A stretch of DNA of 64,000 nt, taken from sequence record OM632664.1; one strand, 5' to 3'. Below, in pieces: positions 1-10,065 of this stretch. Origin of the DNA: Escherichia phage BEU5. The translations under genes were made by a program, and so were the position numbers. The notes below the pieces were generated by a model that was not told where the DNA came from, made no database searches, and was given only the letters and a program-made list of their open reading frames with translations. Every line of letters begins with the position of its first letter. The stretch's first letter is position 1.

Positions 1-8
1 TCCGTGAA

Positions 9-506
9 ATGACTAATAGTAGTGAACTAGTTCAGGAATTATTCTTAGCCGAGTTACGTCGGCTAGATAAAGTGCTGGATAGTATCATTACACGTAATGG
101 GGAAACATTCGCTGTATACAACTCAACAGGGTTTCTGTATTTAGGGGAGTTCTATTCGAGTTCCCGTTCATCACAACAACCCCCTTCTGGTCATCGTCTG
201 GCTCTGGCTAATCACCTACTGGATGATATGCGGGAGTATCTGGAACAAGCAGGTAAACTTCTGCTAGAAGTCCATATGGTGAATCAGATGGTCTTTCGTC
301 TGGTTCAGGGCTGTAAGACTTATCAAGACGTTCGTGATGCATTGCCAGAATGCCTCATTGCTATGGATAAACAGGGTCATCTGAAATCCTTACAGAGAAC
401 CAGAAAGGCAGCATTTACTCTGGATAATGATGCTATGGCTCTCCGTCAGTATGAGAAAATCTTGCCGATTATCGAATACTATGCGGGAACCCATCTTATC
501 TTTTGA
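9..506 (+). CDS. hypothetical protein (frame open to window edge; may be 5'-partial)
   Basis: 165-aa ORF in track, co-oriented with downstream replication genes; no stop between position 3 and the ATG at 9; no motif recognised. Confidence 0.45.
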   Translation: MTNSSELVQELFLAELRRLDKVLDSIITRNGETFAVYNSTGFLYLGEFYSSSRSSQQPPSGHRLALANHLLDDMREYLEQAGKLLLEVHMVNQMVFRLVQGCKTYQDVRDALPECLIAMDKQGHLKSLQRTRKAAFTLDNDAMALRQYEKILPIIEYYAGTHLIF

Positions 507-513
507 GGTCTGT

Positions 514-2478
514 ATGCGTCACATTACATTCAACAATGAGGGTATCTACCCTATTGCTATCCTTACTACAACGTTACGTAAGGATGATATTGTCAAAGCA
601 TACATGGAACCCTGGGATGTAGATAAAGATTCAGTAATGATTCTTGAACTTCATACAGCCCCAGGGAAAAAGAAAACTCCTGCTAAAGAGATGCAGGAGT
701 TTATTACCCAAGAATTAGTGCCAGCATTCGAAGCAGCACAAACTCAGTATATCATCTGTGGTGATTCTGAATATTACAAACAGCTAACCAAACAAGGTAA
801 AGCTGATGCCAATATTGGCTATGTAATGGATTGTGCTTATGGGAACCAGAAAGTTATTTACGTTCCCAATTACAGACAAATCTTTTATGACCCGGATAAG
901 GTAAAGACTAAGATTGCTTTATCCATGCAGGCTCTGATTGATTATGTCTCTGGTTCTTATGTTGAGCCAGGAACTAAGATTATCCACTATGCTGATTATC
1001 CATTAACTCCAGAAGCTATATCTAAGTGGTTAGATAAGTTACTGGAGATGAATGTTCCATTAGCAGTAGATATAGAAACCTTCAGTCTGAAGCATTATGA
1101 CTGTGGTATAGGCACTATTACATTCTGCTGGAACAAGCATGAAGGGATAGCATTCCCTGTGGATTATGAACCAATTGAGGGGGCTACTGAAGCTCCTTAT
1201 GGTAGACAAGTTCACAACATGCTTGTTCGTTCTATGCTCAGAGACTTTTTTATTAAGTATCTGAACAGGCAGATGTATCACAATATTGCCTTTGACGTAT
1301 ATGCACTCATTTACCAGTTATTTATGACAGACCTTCTGGATACGGAAGGGTTGTTGCATGGCATGAGTATCATGCTAAGAAACTGGGATTGCACTAAGTT
1401 AATTACCTATCTGGCTACTAACTCTTGTGCGGGTAATAAGCTAAGTCTTAAAGACCAGGCTCAGGAATATGCTGGTAACTATGCTCAAGAAGAAATCAAT
1501 GACATTACCAGAATCCCATTAGCAGAGTTGTTGGAATACAACTTAGTGGATGGATTATGTACCTGGTATGTCTATGAAAAGCATTGGGATACTCTGGTTA
1601 ATGACCAACAGTTAGATGTTTATACAAACATCTTCAAACCTGCATGTGAAGATATTATTCAAATGCAGTTAACTGGTATGCCTATCAATATGAAGACAGT
1701 ATTGGAGGTAGAAGAGGCATTAACCCAAGACTATAACAATGCGTTAAAAACAATTGCTGACAGTAAAGTAATCAAAGATTTCACCCGTCTTCTTAATGAA
1801 GAATGGGTAGAAAAACAGAACCAGATTCTGAAGAAGAAACGAGTGACTTTAGCTGATGCTAAAGAACAGTTTAACCCAAACTCAGGTATTCAATTACAGA
1901 AGCTACTTTTTGAGTTTCTGGAGTTACCTGTACTTGGTTTGACTGCAAGTAAACTACCTGCTACTGGCAGTGGCATACTCAAGTCTTTGAAGAACCATAC
2001 CCAAGATACCAGTATTCTGGAAATTCTTGATGCTCTGATTGATTACAAAGCTGTAGATAAAATTCTGACAGCATTTATTCCAGCATTAAAAAATGCCAGA
2101 CAAGGACCAGATGGTTGGCATTATCTCTTTGGTAATCTGAACTTAGGTGGGACTGTATCAGGCCGCCTATCCAGTAGTGAACCAAACCTACAGAACCTAC
2201 CTTCTGGTTCCAGATATGCCAAGATGATTAAAAAATGCTTTGAGGCTCCTCCTGGATGGATATTCTGTGGGCTAGACTTTGCTTCTCTCGAAGACCGTAT
2301 ATCTGCTTTAACAACCAAAGACCCTAACAAGCTGAAGGTGTACATGGGTGTGACTGTTTATACAGTTACTATAGAAGGAGTTGACCATCATATCCGAGAT
2401 GATGATACAATCGTTTATGATGGTAAAACTTATACCGGTGAGGAGTTCTATGACGCTTTTACCCGTGGCCTTCTATGA
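514..2478 (+). CDS. DNA polymerase family A, N-terminal fragment (3'-5' exonuclease plus palm motif A)
   Basis: Exo motifs LAVDIETFS and YNLVDGL; motif-A-like GLDFASLEDR near the C-terminus. Start moved to ATG 514 (GAGG 6 nt upstream) to avoid overlap with the upstream ORF. Ends at TGA 2476-2478. Confidence 0.8.
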   Translation: MRHITFNNEGIYPIAILTTTLRKDDIVKAYMEPWDVDKDSVMILELHTAPGKKKTPAKEMQEFITQELVPAFEAAQTQYIICGDSEYYKQLTKQGKADANIGYVMDCAYGNQKVIYVPNYRQIFYDPDKVKTKIALSMQALIDYVSGSYVEPGTKIIHYADYPLTPEAISKWLDKLLEMNVPLAVDIETFSLKHYDCGIGTITFCWNKHEGIAFPVDYEPIEGATEAPYGRQVHNMLVRSMLRDFFIKYLNRQMYHNIAFDVYALIYQLFMTDLLDTEGLLHGMSIMLRNWDCTKLITYLATNSCAGNKLSLKDQAQEYAGNYAQEEINDITRIPLAELLEYNLVDGLCTWYVYEKHWDTLVNDQQLDVYTNIFKPACEDIIQMQLTGMPINMKTVLEVEEALTQDYNNALKTIADSKVIKDFTRLLNEEWVEKQNQILKKKRVTLADAKEQFNPNSGIQLQKLLFEFLELPVLGLTASKLPATGSGILKSLKNHTQDTSILEILDALIDYKAVDKILTAFIPALKNARQGPDGWHYLFGNLNLGGTVSGRLSSSEPNLQNLPSGSRYAKMIKKCFEAPPGWIFCGLDFASLEDRISALTTKDPNKLKVYMGVTVYTVTIEGVDHHIRDDDTIVYDGKTYTGEEFYDAFTRGLL

Positions 2479-2995
2479 ACAACGGTATAAGATTTCCGAT
2501 GAAGGTTTCATCTTAAATCTTGCAAACAATCAACCCCTAAAACCGACTCTCAATCCTAATGGATACCTTAAGGTTGGATTAGCTAATGGCGATGGTACAC
2601 ATCACCAAGAGCTACTTCATATTCTGGTAGCTAAACACTTCATCCCTAATCCTTATGGCTATGAACAGGTAAACCATAAAGACGGTAATAAACTGCATTG
2701 TCATAAGGATAATCTGGAATGGTGCTCTGCTACTCAGAATGTTGAACATGCACTTAAAACAAAGCTACGTCCTGGTTACATGTCTGCTGACGATAAAGAG
2801 AAGTATCTCTTTGAGGTGCTGGCAGGTAAGCAAGTTAAAGACATTGCTTTTGAAATAGGTAGGCGTCCTGAAACTTTGCATAAGATGCTCAGAACTACTG
2901 CTGACCGACTTGGTGTTCGAAATGAGTGGGATGATGTTATGAGGAGAAATAGAAAAGATGTTGCTTTACGACAGCTTGCCAAAATCAACTCATGA
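2450..2995 (+). CDS. HNH homing endonuclease (I-HmuI-like) inserted in the DNA polymerase gene
   Basis: HNH motif VNHKDGNKLHCHKDNLEWCSATQN; N-terminus YEQRYKISDEGFILN typical of HNH_3 enzymes. AGGAG at 2441-2445 precedes ATG 2450. Different frame from both polymerase fragments. Confidence 0.8.
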   Translation: MTLLPVAFYEQRYKISDEGFILNLANNQPLKPTLNPNGYLKVGLANGDGTHHQELLHILVAKHFIPNPYGYEQVNHKDGNKLHCHKDNLEWCSATQNVEHALKTKLRPGYMSADDKEKYLFEVLAGKQVKDIAFEIGRRPETLHKMLRTTADRLGVRNEWDDVMRRNRKDVALRQLAKINS

Positions 2996-3788
2996 CTTCA
3001 CTGGCAAGAAAATTGACAACGTAGTCAAAGCTGGGAGTTCATCAGGTTACGATGGGCATAGTCTTCGTGCATATGCTTACTTCGGTGAGATGATGCCTGA
3101 CATTGAAGATACGGTAGAGTCTGTTAATTCTATTCAGGAGAAGTACAAAGCATATCGTCAGGATTCTAAAGCACCTACCTTTGCTCTTACCTATCAGGGC
3201 ACATACATCACTTTGATGAAGAACTGTGGTTTCTCTGAACAGAAAGCTCGAATGGTTGAAGAACGTTATCACACACTTTATAAGGTAAGTGATGACTGGG
3301 TTCAGGCTAAACTAGACCAAGCTGCAAAAGATGGTTATGTAACCGTAGCATTTGGCCTGAGAGTCAGAACCCCCTTACTTCAACAAGTTATCCGTGGAAC
3401 CAGTAAAACTCCTTATGAAGCTGAAGCTGAAGGACGTACTGCTGGTAATGCATTAGGCCAAAGTTGGTGTCTTCTGAATAACCGTGCTGGTTCAGAGTTC
3501 ATGCGTATGGTGCGGAATAGTAAGCATCGTCTTGATATTCGTCCAAGTACCCATATCCATGATGCTCAGTATTTCCTTATCCGTGATGATATGGATGTTG
3601 TGATATATACCAATACTCATTTGGTGAAAGCAGTACAATGGCAAGACCATCCTGATATTGCTCATCCAGATGTTCATTTGGGTGGGGAACTCTCCTTATT
3701 CTACCCAACGTGGGCTAACGAGATTGAGATTCCAAACTACGCTACGCCCGAACAAGTCCATGAAGCAATCCAAAAGGCATTTAAATGA
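2958..3788 (+). CDS. DNA polymerase family A, C-terminal fragment (motifs B and C)
   Basis: Motif-B-like RQDSKAPTFALTYQG and motif-C-like HIHDAQYF. Own GAGGAG (2941-2946) and ATG 2958. Frame closed by TGA at 2940-2942. Confidence 0.75.
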   Translation: MLLYDSLPKSTHDFTGKKIDNVVKAGSSSGYDGHSLRAYAYFGEMMPDIEDTVESVNSIQEKYKAYRQDSKAPTFALTYQGTYITLMKNCGFSEQKARMVEERYHTLYKVSDDWVQAKLDQAAKDGYVTVAFGLRVRTPLLQQVIRGTSKTPYEAEAEGRTAGNALGQSWCLLNNRAGSEFMRMVRNSKHRLDIRPSTHIHDAQYFLIRDDMDVVIYTNTHLVKAVQWQDHPDIAHPDVHLGGELSLFYPTWANEIEIPNYATPEQVHEAIQKAFK

Positions 3789-4123
3789 CCAAACAAATTG
3801 AAGAGAAAAAGCATCACTGGTTAGTAGCAGCTCAACTGACTTTTGTTATTCCTGATAACAAAGATGGTCAGGAAGGTGCTGTTATTGTTCAGAACACTAT
3901 GTTGCTTACTGAAGAGAAACAGGTAACTTTCCGTGACCTGGGACGTGCTCAGTCTGCTCTGTTTCAGAATCTGAATGACCGTTTTGGTCAAGTGGTAGAT
4001 GTACGGGATATTGTATTCCTGAACGTCAGCTACCTGGGTCATATGAGTCAGCCTGACTTTCAGCAAAATCTGGTAACTAAAGATACTGCTGCGAAGAAAG
4101 CTAAACTGAAAGCTGTGGAGTAA
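3785..4123 (+). CDS. hypothetical protein
   Basis: 112-aa ORF; ATGA overlap with polymerase stop; co-oriented. Confidence 0.55.
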   Translation: MTKQIEEKKHHWLVAAQLTFVIPDNKDGQEGAVIVQNTMLLTEEKQVTFRDLGRAQSALFQNLNDRFGQVVDVRDIVFLNVSYLGHMSQPDFQQNLVTKDTAAKKAKLKAVE

Positions 4124-4125
4124 TC

Positions 4126-4734
4126 ATGTCTGAAAAACTATCAGGTGGTTTTAATAACTACTATCTGGTTCAGGTAACCAACCCTCAACGTATGGAACAG
4201 CCTCCATATCAGGCCGAGTGTGAGGATATTATCCAAGCACTAAATATGACCTTTGATGAAGGGTGTCTGTTCAAGGCATTGTGGCGTAATGCTGCTGCTC
4301 GTTTAGGTAACGGTAAACCAGGTAACAATGCCGTTTATGATGCAGAGAAGATGGTTCATTATGCTAACCGTATTTTTATTAAAGAATCCGGTGGGCAGAA
4401 AAAAGAAGCAGAAGAACCAGTTTCTGAGGCTCTGAAGAAGGGTGAAGAGATTCATATGTCTCTGTCTGAATTATTCACCCTGTTAACTGGTGAAGCAGCA
4501 GAAGGTGAAGTAATGAGCCTTGCTGGTTGGCATACTCACGTACCAAACCGTTTGGGTGTTATGCCTATTGCTGTTGCAATGAGCAAAGCAGAACAAATTG
4601 ATGTAGTACGTGCCGATGGAACGACTATTACTCATGTATTTCCTCATGAGATTGACTGGTCTGATAAGATTGCCCCCTTTGCTCGAATCACTGCATGGCG
4701 TTTCAGTAACCCATCTAAGGTCGCTTCTAAATGA
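4126..4734 (+). CDS. hypothetical protein
   Basis: 202-aa ORF, tightly packed in operon. Confidence 0.55.
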   Translation: MSEKLSGGFNNYYLVQVTNPQRMEQPPYQAECEDIIQALNMTFDEGCLFKALWRNAAARLGNGKPGNNAVYDAEKMVHYANRIFIKESGGQKKEAEEPVSEALKKGEEIHMSLSELFTLLTGEAAEGEVMSLAGWHTHVPNRLGVMPIAVAMSKAEQIDVVRADGTTITHVFPHEIDWSDKIAPFARITAWRFSNPSKVASK

Positions 4735-5705
4735 AAATCACGAACAATCATGACGTGTCCTTGCCATTAGCTGTCTGGCTTTTGCATGACGAGTATGATT
4801 ACGTGAAGGATAAAAAGTATCTTTCTGTGACTACCTTGCTTAAGCCAATTAAGCACATTGTCATGAAGCATCGTGTAGACCTTTCTGTAGAAAGTATGGA
4901 CATCATGGATTTGGTGTCCACTTCTATGGGTACGGGCTTACATGATTCTATTGAGAAGGCATGGCATAACGGACACCACAATGCATTACGCAAGTTAGGG
5001 TATCCTGAGCGTGTCGTTCAGAATGTTGTCATCAATCCTACCCCTGAGCAGATTGCATCAAATCCAAACTTAATTCCTGTATGGATAGAACAACGAGCAA
5101 CTAAAAAGATTGCTGGTTGGACTATTGGGGGCAAGTTCGACATCGTTACTGAAGGTCTTCTTCAGGATGTAAAATCCACCTCCACTTACACATGGGTAAA
5201 GGGTGGACGTGATGAAGAACATAAACTTCAGGGGTCAATGTATCGTTGGTTACATGACGACAAGATTACCGAAGATGTGATTCGTATTAACTACATCTTC
5301 ACTGACTGGATGAAAGCACTAGCTACATCTCAAGAAAACTACCCAAAGCACCGTGTGCTGCATAAAGACATTCCATTGATGTCTTATGAAGCGACTGAAG
5401 AATGGATTAAAGCCAAGCTGGCTCTCATTGATAAGTACTGGGATGCTCCTGAAAACGAGATTCCAGAATGTACTGATGAAGAGTTATGGCGTTCTGACCC
5501 AGTGTTTAAATACTTTGCTGACCCAGAGAAGGCAAAGCAACCTGGTGCTCGTTCTACCAAAAACTTCCCTACTCTCTTTGAGGCTCGGAAGTTCATGGCA
5601 GAGAAAGGCAAAGGCACTATTCTTCATGTTCCTGGTGAACCTAAACGATGCAACTATTGCTCAATTTTTAACATCTGCGAACAAAGAAAGAGATATTTCC
5701 CATGA
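4731..5705 (+). CDS. PD-(D/E)xK nuclease, Cas4/RecB-like, with C-terminal Cys cluster
   Basis: GGKFDIVTEGLLQDVKSTSTY (D...QxK...Y nuclease motifs) and Cys pattern C-x36-CNYCSIFNIC resembling a Cas4-type Fe-S site. Confidence 0.5.
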   Translation: MKITNNHDVSLPLAVWLLHDEYDYVKDKKYLSVTTLLKPIKHIVMKHRVDLSVESMDIMDLVSTSMGTGLHDSIEKAWHNGHHNALRKLGYPERVVQNVVINPTPEQIASNPNLIPVWIEQRATKKIAGWTIGGKFDIVTEGLLQDVKSTSTYTWVKGGRDEEHKLQGSMYRWLHDDKITEDVIRINYIFTDWMKALATSQENYPKHRVLHKDIPLMSYEATEEWIKAKLALIDKYWDAPENEIPECTDEELWRSDPVFKYFADPEKAKQPGARSTKNFPTLFEARKFMAEKGKGTILHVPGEPKRCNYCSIFNICEQRKRYFP

Positions 5706-7849
5706 TTGACCTGACCGGAGTCTCACATCATCCGGCGATTGAAGAAATCGTTGATGTGTTATGTAACAAGACGCAAAACACTGACCGTGGTTTTTTCCGT
5801 GTAGAAGTGGCCTATTTCCTTGCGAAAATGGCTTCATGTATGGGTGCAACTATCATCACTAAAGACCGTGGTGAAATTCCAGTAAACATCTATGCAGTGG
5901 CTCTTGCTACTTCAGGCTTCGGTAAAGGCCATTCGGTCAACATTGTTGAAGACGGTTTTATGGCTGGCTTTAAGAAGCGGTTTATGGAAGACACCATGCC
6001 TGCTTTAGCAGAAGACCGTCTGTGGAAAATTGCTAACGAACGTTCTGCTCGTAATGCTACTGACCAGAAGGAAGAGTTTGACAAGGTGGAAGCTGAATAC
6101 AGACGTACGGGTGCTTATCCATTTACGTTTGACTCAGGTACACCTCCTGCTGTGAAACAGTTACGTCATAAACTCTTATTAGCTGGATGTGGTGCTATTA
6201 ACTTACAGATTGATGAGATTGGTTCAAACCTTCTCGCTAATGCTGATGTATTAACTGTGTTCCTTGAGTTGTACGACCAAGGCAAGATTAAACAGAAACT
6301 TACTAAGAATACTGCTGAAAGTATTCGTAGTGAGGAAGTTGATGGTAAAACTCCAGCTAACCTTCTTCTGTTTGGTACACCGAGCAAACTTCTCAATGGG
6401 AGCCAGACTGAGGAACTCTTCTATGACTTCCTTGATACTGGCTATTCTCGTCGTTGTCTGTTTGCTGTAGGTCAGGCAGATAAACGTGCATATCTGAGCC
6501 AGAGTGCTGAAGAAATCTATCGTAATCTGATTAAGCAGGATAACAATGCTGTTGTGAATAAGTGGGCTAACCACTTTCATAGCCTTGCAGATGCATCCAA
6601 GTTTGGTTGGAAAATGACAGTTGAAGATGATGTTGGTATTGCACTAATCGATTACAAGATTCAGTGTGAAAAACAAGCAGCAGCTTTAGCTGACCACGAA
6701 GAGATTCGTAAAGCAGAATTGGAACATCGCTATTTTAAAGCACTGAAATTGGCAGGTGCATTTGCATTTGTTGATAACAGTATTATGGTAGAGATGGAAC
6801 ATCTGAAGCAAGCAATCCTTCTGGTAGAAGAATCTGGTGTTGCATTCCAGACTATCCTCAATCGTGAAAAAGCCTACGTTAAATTAGCCAAGTATATTGC
6901 ATCTGTTGGTACTGAAGTTACTCATGCAGATTTGCTTGAGGCTTTACCATTCTATAAGAGTGGGAATGCTGCACGTAATGAGATGATGACTTTAGCTACT
7001 GCATGGGGCTATAAGCAGCATATCATCATTAAGAAGACATACAACGAAGGTATTGAGTTCTTCCGTGGTGAGACACTGAAAGAGACTGATACTAACGAAA
7101 TGATTGTTTCTTATGGTGAGAACTTTGCTTATGACTATATTGCAGAGAAAGTTCCATTTGACCAGTTACATGTACTAACCCAGCAAGCAGGTTATCACTG
7201 GGCTAACCACCATTTCCGTCGAGGGCATCGTGCTGAAGAGAATGCTATTGCTGGCTTCAATATGATTGTCATTGATGTGGATGGTACGTGTAGTTTGGAC
7301 GTGTGCCATGAATTGATGAAAGAATACCGATTCATGACATATACAACCAAACGCCATACTGATGAAGAAAACCGTTTCCGGTTAATTATTCCAATGAACT
7401 ATCAGCTTGAACTTGATGGCGCTGAATATAAAGAGTTCATGGATAACGTTATGGCATGGCTCCCATTTAAAACGGACGAGTCTGCTAATCAACGAGCCAA
7501 GAAATGGGAATCATGTGCTAAGGGTACGTATTACTACAATATGGATGCTCCCCTGCTAGACGTAAGAGATTTCATTCCTAGAACCAGTAAGAATGAGGCA
7601 TTCCAGCAAGGGATGCAGAAGGTTCAGAATCTGGATAATCTCGAACGTTGGTTTGCCCAACGAATTGCTACAGGCAATCGTAATAACCACATGATTAAGT
7701 ATGCTCTGGCTCTGGTAGATAGTGGTATAGGCTTCAATGAAGTTAAACAACGTGTGCATGAGTTCAATAAGAAACTCAGCAATCCCCTATCTGCTGATGA
7801 ACTGGATTCCACTGTAATGATTACTGTGGCTAAACGTTACACATCTTAA
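5702..7849 (+). CDS. putative replication protein (primase-like DxD motif)
   Basis: 715 aa; NMIVIDVDG motif; position matches the N4 gp43 primase slot (between polymerase and SSB). Family not verified. Confidence 0.4.
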   Translation: MIDLTGVSHHPAIEEIVDVLCNKTQNTDRGFFRVEVAYFLAKMASCMGATIITKDRGEIPVNIYAVALATSGFGKGHSVNIVEDGFMAGFKKRFMEDTMPALAEDRLWKIANERSARNATDQKEEFDKVEAEYRRTGAYPFTFDSGTPPAVKQLRHKLLLAGCGAINLQIDEIGSNLLANADVLTVFLELYDQGKIKQKLTKNTAESIRSEEVDGKTPANLLLFGTPSKLLNGSQTEELFYDFLDTGYSRRCLFAVGQADKRAYLSQSAEEIYRNLIKQDNNAVVNKWANHFHSLADASKFGWKMTVEDDVGIALIDYKIQCEKQAAALADHEEIRKAELEHRYFKALKLAGAFAFVDNSIMVEMEHLKQAILLVEESGVAFQTILNREKAYVKLAKYIASVGTEVTHADLLEALPFYKSGNAARNEMMTLATAWGYKQHIIIKKTYNEGIEFFRGETLKETDTNEMIVSYGENFAYDYIAEKVPFDQLHVLTQQAGYHWANHHFRRGHRAEENAIAGFNMIVIDVDGTCSLDVCHELMKEYRFMTYTTKRHTDEENRFRLIIPMNYQLELDGAEYKEFMDNVMAWLPFKTDESANQRAKKWESCAKGTYYYNMDAPLLDVRDFIPRTSKNEAFQQGMQKVQNLDNLERWFAQRIATGNRNNHMIKYALALVDSGIGFNEVKQRVHEFNKKLSNPLSADELDSTVMITVAKRYTS

Positions 7850-7907
7850 CAGAAACTATTCAGTCCTTTTCTTGGTTGAAGAGGACTGTTAGTTAAAAGA
7901 GGAAACT

Positions 7908-8663
7908 ATGTCAGAAGAATTTGAACATGGCGAAATGAATGACCAGCTAATCCTGATTGTAGGATTTTCTGCTGCTGGTAAATCGGCCTCACTTCGTAAC
8001 ATTCGTAACCAGGAACGTTGGGTATATCTGAATACAGAAGCTGGTAAACGTCTGCCATTTAAGAATAACTTCAATGGTGTTCGTATTACTGACCCATACC
8101 AAATTCTGGAATACTTTGACCAATGCATTGAACATCGTGATGACGTGGACGGAATCATTGTAGATTCCCTGACTTTCATGATGGATATGCTGGAAACTCA
8201 GTATGTACTCACTGCTGCAAACACTCAGAAGGCTTGGGGTGAATTTGCACAGTTCTTCAAAATTCTCCTTCAGGAGAAAGTAGTTAAATTTGCCAAGCCA
8301 GTTATTTTCACTGCTCACGTCAAAGACGAAGTAGATGAACGTGCAATGGAACTGAAGACTTTCGTTCCAGTAAAAGGTTCTCTGAAGAACAATGGTATTG
8401 AAGCATACTTCTCTACTGTTGTATCAGCAGAACGTATCGACCTTAAAGAACTTGAAAAGTATTCCAATGGAATGTTGGAAATTACTGAGGATGAACAAGA
8501 GTTAGGGTACAAACACGTATTCCAGACTCGACCTACTAAGAAAACAGTAGGTAAACGTATCCGTTCTCCTATGGGTATGTTCAGTAAGCAAGAGACTTAT
8601 ATGGACAATGACGCCCAAAAACTTCTCGACCATCTGGCAGAGTATTACTCTACCGGTGCTTAA
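7908..8663 (+). CDS. P-loop ATPase (RecA-like / AAA_24-like)
   Basis: Walker A GFSAAGKSAS and Walker-B-like GIIVDSLT; RBS-like AGAGGAAA upstream. Confidence 0.5.
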   Translation: MSEEFEHGEMNDQLILIVGFSAAGKSASLRNIRNQERWVYLNTEAGKRLPFKNNFNGVRITDPYQILEYFDQCIEHRDDVDGIIVDSLTFMMDMLETQYVLTAANTQKAWGEFAQFFKILLQEKVVKFAKPVIFTAHVKDEVDERAMELKTFVPVKGSLKNNGIEAYFSTVVSAERIDLKELEKYSNGMLEITEDEQELGYKHVFQTRPTKKTVGKRIRSPMGMFSKQETYMDNDAQKLLDHLAEYYSTGA

Positions 8664-8708
8664 TCTGGTTGTTAATCATTCATTAATTTAATTAAGTAGG
8701 AAATATAA

Positions 8709-9506
8709 ATGAGCAATTTATTCGGAAATCTGGCAGGTCAGGCAGCTAAAGCAGAGAAAGCAACGGATAACCTGGGTGGTGGATTTGGTGCAAAAGAATC
8801 TGATATTTATTTGGCTAACCTGAAAGTAGCTTATGCAGGTAAAGCAGCTTCTGGTGCTAACTTCATTCAGATTATTGCAGACCTGACTGACCTTAATGGA
8901 CACAGTGCTGGTGAATACCGTGAGCAACTGTACATCACTTCTGGTACTGAAAAAGGCTGCAAGTGTACTTATGAAAAGAATGGTAAGGAATACTTCCTGC
9001 CGGGCTACACTGTAATCAATGACATCCTGGTAATGACTTCTGGTGAGACTATTCCTGAAGCAGTCTTCGAAGAGAAAGTCGTTAACGTATATGACTTCGA
9101 TGAGAAGAAAGAAGTTGCCAAATCTGTCATGGTTCCAGTCAATGCTATCGGTGGTAAGTTTGCTGTAGCTATTCTGAAATCTGAAGAAGATAAGCAGACT
9201 AAAGATGGCTCCGGTAACTATGTGTCTACTGGTGAAACTCGCTTCACTAATACCATCGAAAAAGTATTCCATCCTGACCTGCATCTGACTGTTGTTGAAG
9301 CAGAAGAACTGACTGAACGTGGTAAAGAACTGACCGTTGAAGAAGCAGTCTTCTGGGACAAATGGCTGGAGAAAAACAAAGGCGTTACCCGTGATAAAAC
9401 CACTAAAGGCGGTGCTTCCGGTAAAGCTGGTCAGCCACCAAAACCAGGTGCTACTAACACTGGTGCGGGTGCTTCTGCTGCAAAATCTCTGTTCGGTAAG
9501 AAATAA
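8709..9506 (+). CDS. putative single-stranded DNA-binding protein (N4 SSB-like by position and size)
   Basis: 265 aa, Gly/Ala/Lys-rich; position between replication genes and resolvase as in N4. No OB-fold motif verifiable by eye. Confidence 0.45.
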   Translation: MSNLFGNLAGQAAKAEKATDNLGGGFGAKESDIYLANLKVAYAGKAASGANFIQIIADLTDLNGHSAGEYREQLYITSGTEKGCKCTYEKNGKEYFLPGYTVINDILVMTSGETIPEAVFEEKVVNVYDFDEKKEVAKSVMVPVNAIGGKFAVAILKSEEDKQTKDGSGNYVSTGETRFTNTIEKVFHPDLHLTVVEAEELTERGKELTVEEAVFWDKWLEKNKGVTRDKTTKGGASGKAGQPPKPGATNTGAGASAAKSLFGKK

Positions 9507-10063
9507 TGCAGATACCTGTGCTTGGAGTTGACCCCAGTTTTCGTAACTGGGGACTAGCACGGGGAATGCTCGACTTAGAGACGGGAATACTCTCTGGATT
9601 AAACCTGAAGCTGGTAGAAACCAAACCTGATGGAACCAAGCAAGTAAGGCAAAACAGCAAAGATATGCAAGCTGCCGAGGATATTACTGCTGGTGTCATC
9701 GACTGGTTCAAAGAAGCAAAGGTCATCTTTGTAGAGGTTCCCGTTGGTTCACAAAGTGCCAATGGAATGAAATCCTATGGTGTTTGTGTAGGCATCTTAG
9801 GAGCACTTAGGGCACTAGGACATGAGATTATTGAGGTTACTCCCATCGAGAACAAAGTAGCTCTGTCCGGTATTAAGACTGCTTCTAAAGATGTGATGAT
9901 TAGAGCAGCTACAGGATTTTATCCAGAGGCCAACTGGCTCAAGGATACCAAAGGTAGGCTACTCAATAAGAACGAGCATTTAGCTGATGCTGTAGGTGCT
10001 ATCCATGCAGGGGTACTCACTCCTGCTTTCCAGAATTTAATGAGAATTTTATCAAAGGTATAA
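9506..10063 (+). CDS. RuvC-like Holliday junction resolvase
   Basis: N-terminal VLGVDPSFRNWGLA matches the RuvC/YqgF catalytic-Asp motif; 185 aa. Confidence 0.6.
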   Translation: MQIPVLGVDPSFRNWGLARGMLDLETGILSGLNLKLVETKPDGTKQVRQNSKDMQAAEDITAGVIDWFKEAKVIFVEVPVGSQSANGMKSYGVCVGILGALRALGHEIIEVTPIENKVALSGIKTASKDVMIRAATGFYPEANWLKDTKGRLLNKNEHLADAVGAIHAGVLTPAFQNLMRILSKV

Positions 10064-10065
10064 CA

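Noticed and set aside
427-513. Upstream ATG starts (427 or 481) for the DNA polymerase.
   Set aside because: Would overlap the preceding ORF by about 80 nt; ATG 514 has a GAGG RBS and begins right after the upstream stop.
8718-9560. 280-aa minus-strand ORF overlapping the SSB-like gene.
   Set aside because: Antisense to a plus-strand gene with a good start context and consistent operon orientation; Phe/Ser/Cys-rich composition typical of a shadow ORF.
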